64,000 bases of DNA from Polyangiaceae bacterium (GTDB lineage Bacteria; Myxococcota_A; Polyangia; Polyangiales; Polyangiaceae): the NCBI GenBank assembly GCA_050287085.1, contig JBNKBE010000004.1, positions 160,288-224,287 on the forward strand, read 5' to 3'. The first letter of the stretch is position 1. Every line of letters starts with the position of its first letter. The notes under the pieces were generated by a model. It was not told the DNA's origin. It was given only the letters and a program-made list of their open reading frames with translations, and made no database searches. The position numbers were made by a program, and so were the translations under genes. Positions 1 to 9,620 of this stretch are shown here, piece after piece.

Positions 1-835
1 CGTTGCGGTGGAGAAGCTCATTGCGTCCCGGCCAGACCGTTCGCTCGATTCCCAAGGCGATCTTGTCGGGCTCGAGGCCGATAGCTCGTGCCACCGTGGT
101 GGCCACTGCAAGGTTGGTCCCGAACATGGCCATTCTGGGATAAGCAAGCTGCGCTCCTGGAAACGGCTCGGCTCCGCCCAATGGCAAGACTTCTGCACCC
201 ACGGCCGCCGCGCGCTCTTCAACGGCTTCACGGGCATGGGGATGGAGTTTACCCACAACGACCTTGCTGCCTTCTTTGATAATCGCGGCCTTTTCGGTCG
301 CGATTTGTCGAAGCGAGGGCCCGAGGACGTCCTGATGATCGAAGGCGACCCGGGTGATCAGCGCGAATTCAGGCGGGGGCAGCACATTGGTAGCGTCCAG
401 GCGTCCGCCAAGCCCAACCTCTACGACAGCTCGGCTTACCTTCTTATCTCGGAACGCTAGAAACGCGGCCAGCGTGGTTGTTTCAAAGAACGTAAGTTCG
501 TCCGACGCATCGAGCGCTTCGCCCACGTATCGCACCACGTCGGCGTCCGAAAGCGGCATACCATCGATCTGGATGCGCTCACCAAACTGACAGAGGTGCG
601 GCGAAGTAAACATCCCGATGGGACCTTCACCTCCTCGCTTGCTGGCCCGCAGCATCGAGGCCAAGAAGGCTGTGACGCTTCCTTTGCCGTTGGTGCCTCC
701 AACGTGAATTGCGGCAAAGGATTGCTCTGGGTTACCGAGCTTGTCGCATGCGCGTCTGACCCGATCTAGCCCCAGCTTGCGACCCCGCGGGGCGAGCGAG
801 TACAGCCGTTCCAGGATTGTTTTGAGTTCACTCAC
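1..835 (-). CDS. folC: Bifunctional folylpolyglutamate synthase/dihydrofolate synthase (partial, runs off the left edge)
   Basis: Not in the ORF track. Manual minus-strand translation from GTG at 835 gives VSELKTILERLYSLAPRGRKLGLDRVRRACDKLGNPEQSFAAIHVGGTNGKGSVTAFL, the FolC N-terminus with its IHVxGTNGKGS P-loop. Confidence 0.92.
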   Translation of the reverse strand, partial: MSELKTILERLYSLAPRGRKLGLDRVRRACDKLGNPEQSFAAIHVGGTNGKGSVTAFLASMLRASKRGGEGPIGMFTSPHLCQFGERIQIDGMPLSDADVVRYVGEALDASDELTFFETTTLAAFLAFRDKKVSRAVVEVGLGGRLDATNVLPPPEFALITRVAFDHQDVLGPSLRQIATEKAAIIKEGSKVVVGKLHPHAREAVEERAAAVGAEVLPLGGAEPFPGAQLAYPRMAMFGTNLAVATTVARAIGLEPDKIALGIERTVWPGRNELLHRN

Positions 836-1027
836 CAGTTGTTTCCCGCCGGCGCCCGCAATAGCCTGCTTGCGCAGCGGGCAAAGTCCACACAGCGTCG
901 TACTTTCTCTGCGATCAGGCAACTTTGAAACCACCGCTCCAAAACTGAATGGTGGGCTTTGCGCGGCCCGCTGGTCGGTGGCGCCCGGGGATGCGCGACC
1001 GCAAGCAAGCGGGTTATGCTGCTCTGG

Positions 1028-1477
1028 ATGAATCCCACGGTGCGAGTCATGCGCACGGGCCCGGTGAGGGTCCCTCTGCCCCGATATGCGACCCATCAGG
1101 CCGCCGGTCTAGACCTCCATGCGGCTCTGGAGAACGTGGTTCGGCTTAAGCCCGGCATGCGACGGGCCGTTCCCACCGGACTCTGCTTTGCGATTCCAGA
1201 AGGCTTCGAAGGACAGCTGCGACCTCGCTCCGGCCTCGCGCTCCGCTCCGGGGTCACGCTGGTGAATTCGCCCGGTACCCTCGACGCAGACTATCGCGGC
1301 GAGGTTGCCGTTATTCTGATCAACCACGGACAAGAGGACGTAGTGGTGCGTCCCCTGGAGCGGATCGCTCAGCTGGTGATCGCTCCGGTGGTGATCGCGT
1401 TCATTGAGCCCGTCGAAGAGCTGGACTCAACCCTGCGCGGAGCGGGGGGCTTCGGCAGCACCGGCCTGCTTCCCTGA
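1028..1477 (+). CDS. dut: dUTP diphosphatase
   Basis: Motifs [29 protein letters not shown] and [13 protein letters not shown] at 1028 chosen within ORF 959..1477. Confidence 0.96.
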   Translation: MNPTVRVMRTGPVRVPLPRYATHQAAGLDLHAALENVVRLKPGMRRAVPTGLCFAIPEGFEGQLRPRSGLALRSGVTLVNSPGTLDADYRGEVAVILINHGQEDVVVRPLERIAQLVIAPVVIAFIEPVEELDSTLRGAGGFGSTGLLP

Positions 1478-1492
1478 GCCACGGGTCCGGCG

Positions 1493-2311
1493 CTAGCGAG
1501 CGATGACCTCCCGGAGTTCGTCGATGAAGCGCTCAACGCGACGGCAGAGCGCAACTACTTCGAAGTCCTGGGTCAGGATGTGGTGGGAGTGCTGTAGGAT
1601 GAGCACCTCCAGGTGAGCCGTCCCGATCCGATCAGCGGCGAGCCATACGTTGCTCACCGGCGCGACCCGGTCGAGCAGACCGTGGACGAGTAGCGTGGGG
1701 CATTGGATCCTCGGTAGCAGGGTGCTCACAGCTCGGCCCGCGCGTTGCAACGACAGGGCCGCGCGCGCCGGGGAGGCGGAGTAGTTGCGATGCCGCTTCC
1801 GTCCATCCGGATCCCCAATGTCTGGGCCGTGGCGTTTTGGCAGTAGAAGGTCACCCCTGGGCAACAGTCCGAGTAGATCGAGGCTCAGCGCGGGGTGCGG
1901 CCAGTGCAGGCGGAGGGCGTTGGCAAGCGCGACCAATCCACCGACGCGCGCAGGGTGTTGGGCCGCGAGCTTCATGGCAAGCACGGCGCCCATCGACTGA
2001 CCGCCAACGATGACCGGCGGTGAGAGCGAGAGAAGGGCATTTTCCGCGGCGGCGTACCAGTCCGAGAAGGAGGTGCGGGCCAGATCGCGTGCATGTGTAC
2101 CGTGTCCTGGCAACTGGGGAACGGTGAGGGCGAGCCCTCGCGCTCGCCCGAGCTCGGCCAGGGGCATCATCTCGCAGGGCGTGGCGCCGTAGCCGTGAAG
2201 AAGTAGAAGTGAGGGGCCAGCTCCGGGTTCCGCGAGCGGCGGGCAAATGGGCTCGGTTCCGACTAGGGCTCCCCAGTCGCGCCCTCCGCTAGGGTGCAGT
2301 TCACTCGCCAC
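1493..2311 (-). CDS. Alpha/beta hydrolase (carboxylesterase/monoacylglycerol lipase-like)
   Basis: LLLHGY, nucleophile elbow GQSMG, HGLLDRV (Asp) and SHHIL (His). Confidence 0.88.
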   Translation of the reverse strand: MASELHPSGGRDWGALVGTEPICPPLAEPGAGPSLLLLHGYGATPCEMMPLAELGRARGLALTVPQLPGHGTHARDLARTSFSDWYAAAENALLSLSPPVIVGGQSMGAVLAMKLAAQHPARVGGLVALANALRLHWPHPALSLDLLGLLPRGDLLLPKRHGPDIGDPDGRKRHRNYSASPARAALSLQRAGRAVSTLLPRIQCPTLLVHGLLDRVAPVSNVWLAADRIGTAHLEVLILQHSHHILTQDFEVVALCRRVERFIDELREVIAR

Positions 2312-3755
2312 GCTCGATTCCGTACGCTCGTATCTTCTTGTGCAGGTTGGTGCGCTCGACCCCTAGCAATACGGCTGCACGAGAGATGTTGAAGTCAACC
2401 TCTCGCAGCGTGCGCAGGATGTACCCGCGTTCAGCTTGTTCCCGGTATTCGCGTAGACTTGGGCGCTCCCTAGAGGATTGCAGCACCTCCTGCGTGGGGG
2501 TGCCAGCGTTTTCGAGCTCCTCGAAGGGGCTGTCGTGTGGATCCTCGGGTAGATCCGCGATCGTGATGACGTCGCTCGAGAGAATGGCGGCCCGTTCTAC
2601 CACGTTGCGCAGTTCACGGACGTTGCCGGGCCAGCGCCGCCGGAGCAGGGCCTGGAATACCTCGGGGTCGATCTTCTTATTGCGCAGGCCATTGTCGCGG
2701 CAGAATGCTTCGACGAACGAAATGGTCAGTGCCTCGATATCCTCGCGGCGTTGTTCGAGTGACGGTACGTCGATCGGAAACACCTTCAGGCGAAAGTACA
2801 GATCTTCGCGAAAGCTGCCGCCAGCAACGGCGCGTTCCAGGTCCTTGTTGGTCGCGGCCAGGACCCGCACGTCCACATGCAGAATCTGCTCTGCGCCAAC
2901 GCGAGTGACTTCGCCGTTCTGCAGCGCGCGGAGCACCTTCGCTTGCGCCGACAGATCCATGTCGCCTATCTCGTCCAGAAATAGTGTTCCGCCGTGGGCC
3001 TGCTCGAAATAGCCACGTTTGCGGGCGGCGGCTCCCGTGAAGGCCCCCTTCTCGTGCCCGAATAACTCGCTTTCGAATAGCTCAGCGGGGATCGCCGCGC
3101 AATTGACCTTCACGAAGGGAGCATCAGCGCGCTGGCTCAGGCGGTGGATGGCTCGGCTCACCAGCTCTTTGCCGGTTCCACTTTGACCGGTGAGCAACAC
3201 GGTGGCTCGCGTCGGCGCAACCTTGTCAATCTCTTGATACAAGCGCTGCATGCACTCGCTCGAACCGATCATCTGGTAGCGGCGCGAGAGTTCTTGTTGC
3301 ATCTCGCGCACGGTGCGACCCAGGCGCGCACTGCGGATGCAGTTCTGCACGCTGACGATCACGCGTTCGCGATTGAGGGGCTTCTCGAAGAAATCTGTCG
3401 CGCCCAGGCGGATGGCGTGGACCGCGTCGTCGACCGTTGCGTGGCCGCTGATCACGATGACGGGAAGGCGCCCGAGTTCGGGATCGGCCTTCAGCTGCTC
3501 CAGGGCCTGAAGGCCACTCATGTTGGGGAGCTTGATGTCCAGGATCACCAGGTCCACGGGACGCGCCGCATCCGCCAAGCGTTGCATGGCCTCCTCAGCG
3601 CTGCCAGCCGTGGATACTTCGTATCCGGCGCCGGTCAGCACCATGTTGAGCGTGCGGCGAATATTGGGTTCGTCGTCGACAACCAGGACCGAGGCGGCAG
3701 CGCCGCTCATGGGTTCTGGCATCGGTCTCGTCGCTTCCGTCATTCCACTGGTCAC
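2301..3755 (-). CDS. Sigma-54-dependent response regulator (NtrC/NtrX family: REC, AAA+, Fis HTH)
   Basis: REC domain (VVDDE, LDIKLP), Walker A GQSGTGKE, ESELFGHEKGAFTGA, LFLDEIGD, WPGNVREL and C-terminal HTH. Confidence 0.95.
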   Translation of the reverse strand: MTSGMTEATRPMPEPMSGAAASVLVVDDEPNIRRTLNMVLTGAGYEVSTAGSAEEAMQRLADAARPVDLVILDIKLPNMSGLQALEQLKADPELGRLPVIVISGHATVDDAVHAIRLGATDFFEKPLNRERVIVSVQNCIRSARLGRTVREMQQELSRRYQMIGSSECMQRLYQEIDKVAPTRATVLLTGQSGTGKELVSRAIHRLSQRADAPFVKVNCAAIPAELFESELFGHEKGAFTGAAARKRGYFEQAHGGTLFLDEIGDMDLSAQAKVLRALQNGEVTRVGAEQILHVDVRVLAATNKDLERAVAGGSFREDLYFRLKVFPIDVPSLEQRREDIEALTISFVEAFCRDNGLRNKKIDPEVFQALLRRRWPGNVRELRNVVERAAILSSDVITIADLPEDPHDSPFEELENAGTPTQEVLQSSRERPSLREYREQAERGYILRTLREVDFNISRAAVLLGVERTNLHKKIRAYGIERGE

Positions 3756-4630
3756 AGGTGGGAGGCTTCGGCGCCGAGCCGGCTCTCCGCGTGGACTGCC
3801 GAGCCCTGGGCCTGCTTTGAGTCGATGCCGAGCTCGTGCATATGGCTCAGAAAGTTGCCCGCCACTGCGTGAAAGGGACTGCGCGGATAGGCCTTCTGCG
3901 CGTGGTGGAACATCGCTTCGGCACGGCGGTGTTCACCCATGCGTAGATAGGTCTCGCCGAGCAAGACCTCCGCTTCGGGCTCTAGACCCGATGTGTTGTA
4001 GGTCCGGAGGCAGTGCTGCACGCGACGCAGGGCGGCCACGTACTGGTCTTGTTTGAGGTAGAAGCGAGCCACGTACAATTCATGACGTGCAAGCAGGCCA
4101 CTGACGGCTTCCAACATGTAGTCGAGCTCTGCGCGCGGCGTGTAGCTTGGGTAGTCAGCTAGAAATGAGCGCAGCTCGGTGAACGCTTCGCGCGCCGGAG
4201 CCAGATCGCGCTCTTCGACCGGTGGCTGAAAGATGCTGCCGCTGCTTTGTTCGAAGTGGGCCCGAATGACGCGCAAGCGAGCGTAAGGCACTTCCACATC
4301 CTGGGGGTGGTCGTGTACGTAGGCTTCGTATTCTGCTACCGCTTCGGGCAGCCGTTCCTGCTCGTAGGCGATGTCAGCCAAGCGCAGCTGGGCTTTGCGT
4401 GCAAAAGGCGTGTAGCTGTAGTTGCGACGGACATCGTCCATCAAGAGCCGTGCGTACTCGAAATTCCGCTCTTCGAATTCCGCCTCCGCCTCCGCAAAGG
4501 CTCGAGCGGCATCCGCTTGCAGTTCAGCATGCGTCTTGGCAGACGTCTGAGCGCTGACACAGGCGCCGGGCGCAAGGATGAGGGCGGTGAGCAGCGAGGG
4601 GAGCCAGGCGAGGCGATGAGGGCGCAGCAT
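3752..4630 (-). CDS. bamD: Outer membrane protein assembly factor BamD (TPR lipoprotein)
   Basis: Lipobox-like APGAC; YSYTPFARKAQLRLAD, ERDLAPAREAF and LARHELYVARFY, typical of BamD/YfiO. Confidence 0.88.
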   Translation of the reverse strand: MLRPHRLAWLPSLLTALILAPGACVSAQTSAKTHAELQADAARAFAEAEAEFEERNFEYARLLMDDVRRNYSYTPFARKAQLRLADIAYEQERLPEAVAEYEAYVHDHPQDVEVPYARLRVIRAHFEQSSGSIFQPPVEERDLAPAREAFTELRSFLADYPSYTPRAELDYMLEAVSGLLARHELYVARFYLKQDQYVAALRRVQHCLRTYNTSGLEPEAEVLLGETYLRMGEHRRAEAMFHHAQKAYPRSPFHAVAGNFLSHMHELGIDSKQAQGSAVHAESRLGAEASHL

Positions 4631-4825
4631 GGGGCCAACGGGGCCTTAGCGGGTTAGCGGCCAAAGGGCAAGCGCGACGGCGCTGGCCGCTTCGCTAGCA
4701 GGGTGTGGGGAAGGGGTGCCGCCAGGAAAAAGACGTGCCAAGTCGACAGATTAGCGCGGTCATCCGAGGTCTTTCTGCGATCGGCATTGACCTTCTTGGC
4801 TGCTTTGAGCCAGAACATTCACCTT

Positions 4826-5296
4826 ATGGAACGCGTACCGATGACGCCTTCGGGGCACGAGAAGCTGAAGCAATTGCTTGCCAAGCTGCGAGAAGAACGC
4901 CCAAAGATCTCCAAAGAAATCGAGACGGCTCGAGAGCACGGTGATCTGAAGGAAAACGCGGAGTACCACGCGGCCAAAGAGCGTCAAGGCATGCTCGAGG
5001 CGCAGCTGAAAGACACCGAGGACAAGCTGGCCCGGGCGGAAGTGATCGATCCCAGCAAGTTGACCGGCACACGGATCCGCTTTGGGGCCACGGTGGCTTT
5101 GCTCAACGTGGAGACCGAGGAGGAATCTGTGTTTCAAATCGTCGGCGCAGACGAGGCGAACGTGGACCAGGGCCTGATTTCAGTGTCCGCCCCATTGGCG
5201 CGGGGTCTCATCGGCAAAGAGCCGGGCGACGAGGCGACGATTCGGCTCCCGAACGCCACCCGCACCTACGAAGTCGTGTCCGTCGAGTACAAGTGA
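4826..5296 (+). CDS. greA: Transcription elongation factor GreA
   Basis: AREHGDLKENAEYHAAKE and ISVSAPLARGLIGK; ATG at 4826. Confidence 0.97.
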   Translation: MERVPMTPSGHEKLKQLLAKLREERPKISKEIETAREHGDLKENAEYHAAKERQGMLEAQLKDTEDKLARAEVIDPSKLTGTRIRFGATVALLNVETEEESVFQIVGADEANVDQGLISVSAPLARGLIGKEPGDEATIRLPNATRTYEVVSVEYK

Positions 5297-5378
5297 AGCC
5301 CTCTCGCCGGCGCCTCTACGCGACGTCTTTTGCGCTGGGGCATATGCGCCGTTGGCGAGTCTCTGCCCCGGACCCGAG

Positions 5379-8300
5379 ATGAGGCAAGTGCTTGCCAGCG
5401 CGGCTCGAGGCGCCGCACTCGCCGTGGGCGTCGCGCTCGTCGAGCTGACGCTCGTTTTCGTCGCGTACAGTAGAAGCTTTGCCGGGATCTGGGAGCTCCA
5501 GCATGGCGCCCTGTACCTGCTACCGACGCTCGTCCTGTTCGCCGGAGCGGCAGGGGCCGCAGGAGCCGGGGTCGCCCGAGCGGCCGTGGCCGAGCCCCGG
5601 GCGCTCCGGATCGGAGCCGCTGGGCTTTCGTGGCTCGCGGGCGGGCTTGTGGGCTATAGCGTCAGCTTCGGGCGCCACTTCGAAGAGCTGTGGCGCCGCA
5701 TCGGCTTTGTTGGGCTGACCGGCGGCCTGGCGACGCTGGCGGTCATGGCCTTTGCCCCGAAGCTCTACGTGGCGGCGCTGAGAAGCCCGCGCTGGGTTGC
5801 GATCGGAGCTGGCGTCTTCATCGGGCTGCTTGAGCTCGCCAATAGGTATCTCTTCGTTCGGCTCTACCCGGGCTTTCATCTTACGGCAGCGGCGCTCGGG
5901 CTGGGGCTCTCGGGCTTGCTCTCGCCTCGCCGCCTGTTTGCGGCGCCGTCAGCCTGGATGCGGCAGCCGCGGCGCTGGGGCCTCGTCCTTGGGGGGCTGG
6001 TGGCTCTTGGGGCGGGGCTTGGGCCCGCGGCGCAGCGACTGGCTCGTTTCGATAACTTCCGGCTGGTGCTCGATGAACAGGCACCGATCGCGCGTCAGGC
6101 CAGTTTGCTGAGCGCACGCCTCGTGCCAGCGCCCGCGTTGGACGAGACATTGGCGTCGAAGCCCCAGGAGCAAAGTCCTAGCCCGCCCGAGCTCCGCGGA
6201 AGGAGCGTTCTACTGATAACCGTTGATGCCCTGCGCGCCGATCACCTCGGCGCGTACGGGAGTCGCCAGGCGCTCACCCCAAACATGGATGCCTTGGCCC
6301 GTGAGGGATTGCGTTTCGATCACGCCTATTGCGCCACGCCGCATACTTCTTACTCCCTGACCAGTCTGATGACGGGCAAGTACATCCGCCCGTTGCTGCT
6401 TCAAGGGCTCGGAGCTCACTCGGAGACGCTGGCAACCACCCTGCGTCGCTACGGCTATCGTACCGCGGCGTTCTACCCTCCCGCGGTATTCTTCATCGAT
6501 CGCGAGCGCTTCGCAGCATTCGATCAGAGCCAACTCGGCTTCGAGTATCAGAAGCGTGAGTTCCTCGAAGGGCGAGCGCGTGTGGAGCAGCTGGCGGGTT
6601 ACCTTGGAACGCTGCCGGAGGGGGCGCCCGCGTTTGCTTGGGTGCACCTATTCGGCCCCCACGAGCCCTATGAGAGCCACGAAGGGTATGAATACGGCGA
6701 CTCCGACCAAGAGCGTTACGCGAGCGAGGTGGCTTTTGCCGATCGGACGGTAGGGCAGCTCGTGAGTGCGTTTCGGGGGCGTTATCCCGACGCGCTCGTG
6801 GTGGTCACGGCCGATCACGGTGAGGAATTCGGGGAACATGGCGGGCGCTACCACGGCAGCAGCGTGTATGAGGAGCAGGTGCGCGTGCCCCTGATCTTCC
6901 AGGCACCTGGGGTGGTCAAAGCGGGGAGCGTCTCGGCCCCGGTCCAGACCATCGATCTGCTTCCAACCGTGCTACGCAGTCTCGGGATCCCGGTGCGTCC
7001 CTCGGTCCGTGGGCGCGACCTGAGCCGAGCGTTGACCACGGGTGAGCTGCCTGGTCCTGGTTTTGCGTTCGTCGAAACCGACGCTCAGACCCTGCTCGCC
7101 GAAGGGCGTCATCGACTCATTTGTGAGCGGCGCTTGGGCGCTTGCAAGCTATTCGATCTCGAGCAGGATCCCACCGAGCAAAGCGCCGCTGAGGATGAAA
7201 ACGCGGTCGCGGTCACTGAACGATTGCGGGCGGAGAGCCGAGCGCTGGGCGCTTCCCACGGGCGCTACGAGCTCGATTCGAACGCCCGCGCGCCGGGCCA
7301 GGAGGCGTGGCCCGCTCCGATCCTGCGCGGGCTTGCCGGTGATGGCGACGCGGCGGCCGATCTGGCTTCGCTCCTGGATGACGCCGAAGCGCCCATCCGC
7401 GAGAAGGCGGCTGAGCTGCTCTTCTCCCTTGGCACAGAGGCCCAGGCATCGGCCCTGAGACTCGCACTGCAGCGCGAAGAGCGTGAGGCGATTCGCCGCT
7501 GGCTGGCGGTGGACGTCACGCGCTTGGGCGATGGGGCGCCTCTGGTTGAAGAACTGCTAGCCGGTGACGCGCTGGTATGGCGGCGGCGCGCGGCGTTGGC
7601 CCTGGCCGAACGCGGAGATCGCCGAGGGCGTTTCGAGCTCGTCGGCTGGTGGGTGGACGGCGGCTCCGACGACTTCGTGCTCGCCGGCCGCCTGCTAGGC
7701 GCCTTTGCCAAGACCCGCGCCAAGGAGGCCGTCGGCCCCCTGCTCCGCGCATTGGACGATCTGCGTCTGCGCCCCCTGATCGCCGATACGTTGGCCGCCA
7801 TCGGCGACGAGACGGCTCGGGGGGCGCTAGCACGGGCCTTTGCGAGTGAACCCTATCATGGAACCCGAGAACGCCTGGGGGCGGCTCTCGTCAAGTTGGG
7901 GGCGCGGGGAGAGCTGATCGCGCCGCTGCGCCGTTGGCTCGGGGCGCCGGATCCGCTCAGCACGGGACTGGAGCTGGCTCGTCAGGCGGACGTGCTCGAG
8001 TTCGTCGGAGGGCCGAAGGATAGCGAGCAAGCTCGGCTGGCTCATGAAGCCGGGGTGGGGGCGTTGGTGACCGTGACGGTCCCGCCTGCCGCTGGCGATG
8101 CAGCACTGCGCTTGTTGGTGCTTGCGCGCCCCCCCACGGCGGTCGACGGCGAGGTCCGAGTAGGCCTTCCGCGGGGCCTCTACCGCTACGACACAGCAGG
8201 GAAAGCGGTTCGCTCTCGTCGCGTACCAGAGCTCGATCCTCAGCGCTTCGTGCGGATTCGGGTGCCCGCTGGGCGCGCGCCGCAGCAGTTCGTAGCGACG

Positions 8301-8486
8301 GTGCCGCGGGATTGGGGGCTCGCGCCGGGTCGGGCGTCTCACTTGGTCGTATTTGCTGAGCCTGGCTCCAGCGTCGACGCGCTGGCGGTTGTACCCGTCA
8401 CGGGGCCTCAGGTCCCCGAATCGGCCAATGACTCGAAAGGGAAACAAAGCGCTCGCAACGGGGCGGGCGAATCCACAAAGCGATGA
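5379..8486 (+). CDS. Membrane-anchored sulfatase-like (alkaline phosphatase superfamily) protein with HEAT-like repeats
   Basis: Several N-terminal hydrophobic helices; LITVDALRADHL, TPHTSYSLTSLMTG, HLFGPHEPY and TADHGEEFGEHGGRYHG; helical repeats after about residue 650. Start uncertain (5352 TTG or 5379 ATG). Confidence 0.8.
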   Translation: MRQVLASAARGAALAVGVALVELTLVFVAYSRSFAGIWELQHGALYLLPTLVLFAGAAGAAGAGVARAAVAEPRALRIGAAGLSWLAGGLVGYSVSFGRHFEELWRRIGFVGLTGGLATLAVMAFAPKLYVAALRSPRWVAIGAGVFIGLLELANRYLFVRLYPGFHLTAAALGLGLSGLLSPRRLFAAPSAWMRQPRRWGLVLGGLVALGAGLGPAAQRLARFDNFRLVLDEQAPIARQASLLSARLVPAPALDETLASKPQEQSPSPPELRGRSVLLITVDALRADHLGAYGSRQALTPNMDALAREGLRFDHAYCATPHTSYSLTSLMTGKYIRPLLLQGLGAHSETLATTLRRYGYRTAAFYPPAVFFIDRERFAAFDQSQLGFEYQKREFLEGRARVEQLAGYLGTLPEGAPAFAWVHLFGPHEPYESHEGYEYGDSDQERYASEVAFADRTVGQLVSAFRGRYPDALVVVTADHGEEFGEHGGRYHGSSVYEEQVRVPLIFQAPGVVKAGSVSAPVQTIDLLPTVLRSLGIPVRPSVRGRDLSRALTTGELPGPGFAFVETDAQTLLAEGRHRLICERRLGACKLFDLEQDPTEQSAAEDENAVAVTERLRAESRALGASHGRYELDSNARAPGQEAWPAPILRGLAGDGDAAADLASLLDDAEAPIREKAAELLFSLGTEAQASALRLALQREEREAIRRWLAVDVTRLGDGAPLVEELLAGDALVWRRRAALALAERGDRRGRFELVGWWVDGGSDDFVLAGRLLGAFAKTRAKEAVGPLLRALDDLRLRPLIADTLAAIGDETARGALARAFASEPYHGTRERLGAALVKLGARGELIAPLRRWLGAPDPLSTGLELARQADVLEFVGGPKDSEQARLAHEAGVGALVTVTVPPAAGDAALRLLVLARPPTAVDGEVRVGLPRGLYRYDTAGKAVRSRRVPELDPQRFVRIRVPAGRAPQQFVATVPRDWGLAPGRASHLVVFAEPGSSVDALAVVPVTGPQVPESANDSKGKQSARNGAGESTKR

Positions 8487-8499
8487 TATAGAGGCGCCC

Positions 8500-9588
8500 G
8501 TGGCAGACGAAGATCTACAAGCCGAGGGGGCCATCGAGGCCAACGGCGGGTCCGAGGGCACCGAAGCCGGTGAGGATGTCGAAGCAGGAGGCGCCGATGC
8601 CGAAAACCGCCGTGCGCGGCGAGCCGCTGCGGCCCGTGCTCGCAAGGCTCGACTCAGGGAGCGCAAAGAAGCCGAAGCGGTCGGTCTAGACGCTCAGGAG
8701 ATGCTCGACGACGCGTTGGTGCGCGGGCAAGACCGCGCCGCAAAGTGGTTCAAGAAGAACTGGAACGCAATCCAGTGGACCCTCGTTGGAGGCCTGGCCG
8801 TGTGGGGCGCATGGGGGCTTTACGACCTGCAACAGGCAAGGGGCCAAGCGGAGGCATCGGATGTGCTGGCCGACGCACTTCGGGCTGAGGCGGGACGGGT
8901 TGACTCTGAGGGAGCCAATCCGGACGAGCCGGCAGCCGCTCCGGACCCGACGCCGGTGTTTGCGACCCAAGCGGAACGGCTGACGGCGGCACGCACCAAG
9001 TTTGAAGCCGCCAGTCAGGAGCGCTCCGGATCGGGCACAGCGGCGTTTGCGAAGCTAGCCTTGGCGGCCGTGAAGCTCCAACAGGGTGAGCTGGATCAGG
9101 CGGTGGCTGAGTTCGATGCGGTTCTGGCGCTCCCGCTGGCGAAGAGCTATCCGGAGCTCAGGGGTCGTGCACTCGACGGCAAGGCCCAAGCCTTGGAGGC
9201 TCAGGGTAAGCGCGATGAGGCGCTGAAAACCTATCAAGAACTGGCTTTGGTTGACGGCTTCAAGGCTCTCGCCAAGATGGAAAGCGTGCGTCTTGAGTTG
9301 GTGGCCGGAAGAGAAGCTGAGGCGAAGGTGATGCTCAAGGAGCTCAACGAAGAGCTCGGACCCCCCACCAGTCAGCCGGCTCAGAATTACCTTGAGCAGG
9401 CTGCCAAGACGTATACGACGCAGCTCGATCCGAGCGCGATTCAACCCGCCGGCATCACCCCAGAGCAGCTCGAGCAGCTCCGCACTCAGATGATGCGGAG
9501 CGTACAGAAGTCCGCGCCGGCCGGTGACGCCCAGAAGCAGGCTGATAACTCCGGAGCTCCGGCGGGGCCCGCGGGAACGGCGCAATAG
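8500..9588 (+). CDS. YfgM-like membrane-anchored TPR protein
   Basis: One TM helix (WFKKNWNAIQWTLVGGLAVWGAWGLY) followed by TPR-like helices, directly upstream of a BamB-like gene as in yfgM-bamB. GTG at 8500 has GAGG upstream; ATG 8428 is an alternative start. Confidence 0.7.
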   Translation: MADEDLQAEGAIEANGGSEGTEAGEDVEAGGADAENRRARRAAAARARKARLRERKEAEAVGLDAQEMLDDALVRGQDRAAKWFKKNWNAIQWTLVGGLAVWGAWGLYDLQQARGQAEASDVLADALRAEAGRVDSEGANPDEPAAAPDPTPVFATQAERLTAARTKFEAASQERSGSGTAAFAKLALAAVKLQQGELDQAVAEFDAVLALPLAKSYPELRGRALDGKAQALEAQGKRDEALKTYQELALVDGFKALAKMESVRLELVAGREAEAKVMLKELNEELGPPTSQPAQNYLEQAAKTYTTQLDPSAIQPAGITPEQLEQLRTQMMRSVQKSAPAGDAQKQADNSGAPAGPAGTAQ

Positions 9589-9620
9589 TTTTGCGCGCAA
9601 AGGACTCGGGCTGGGTGCCG

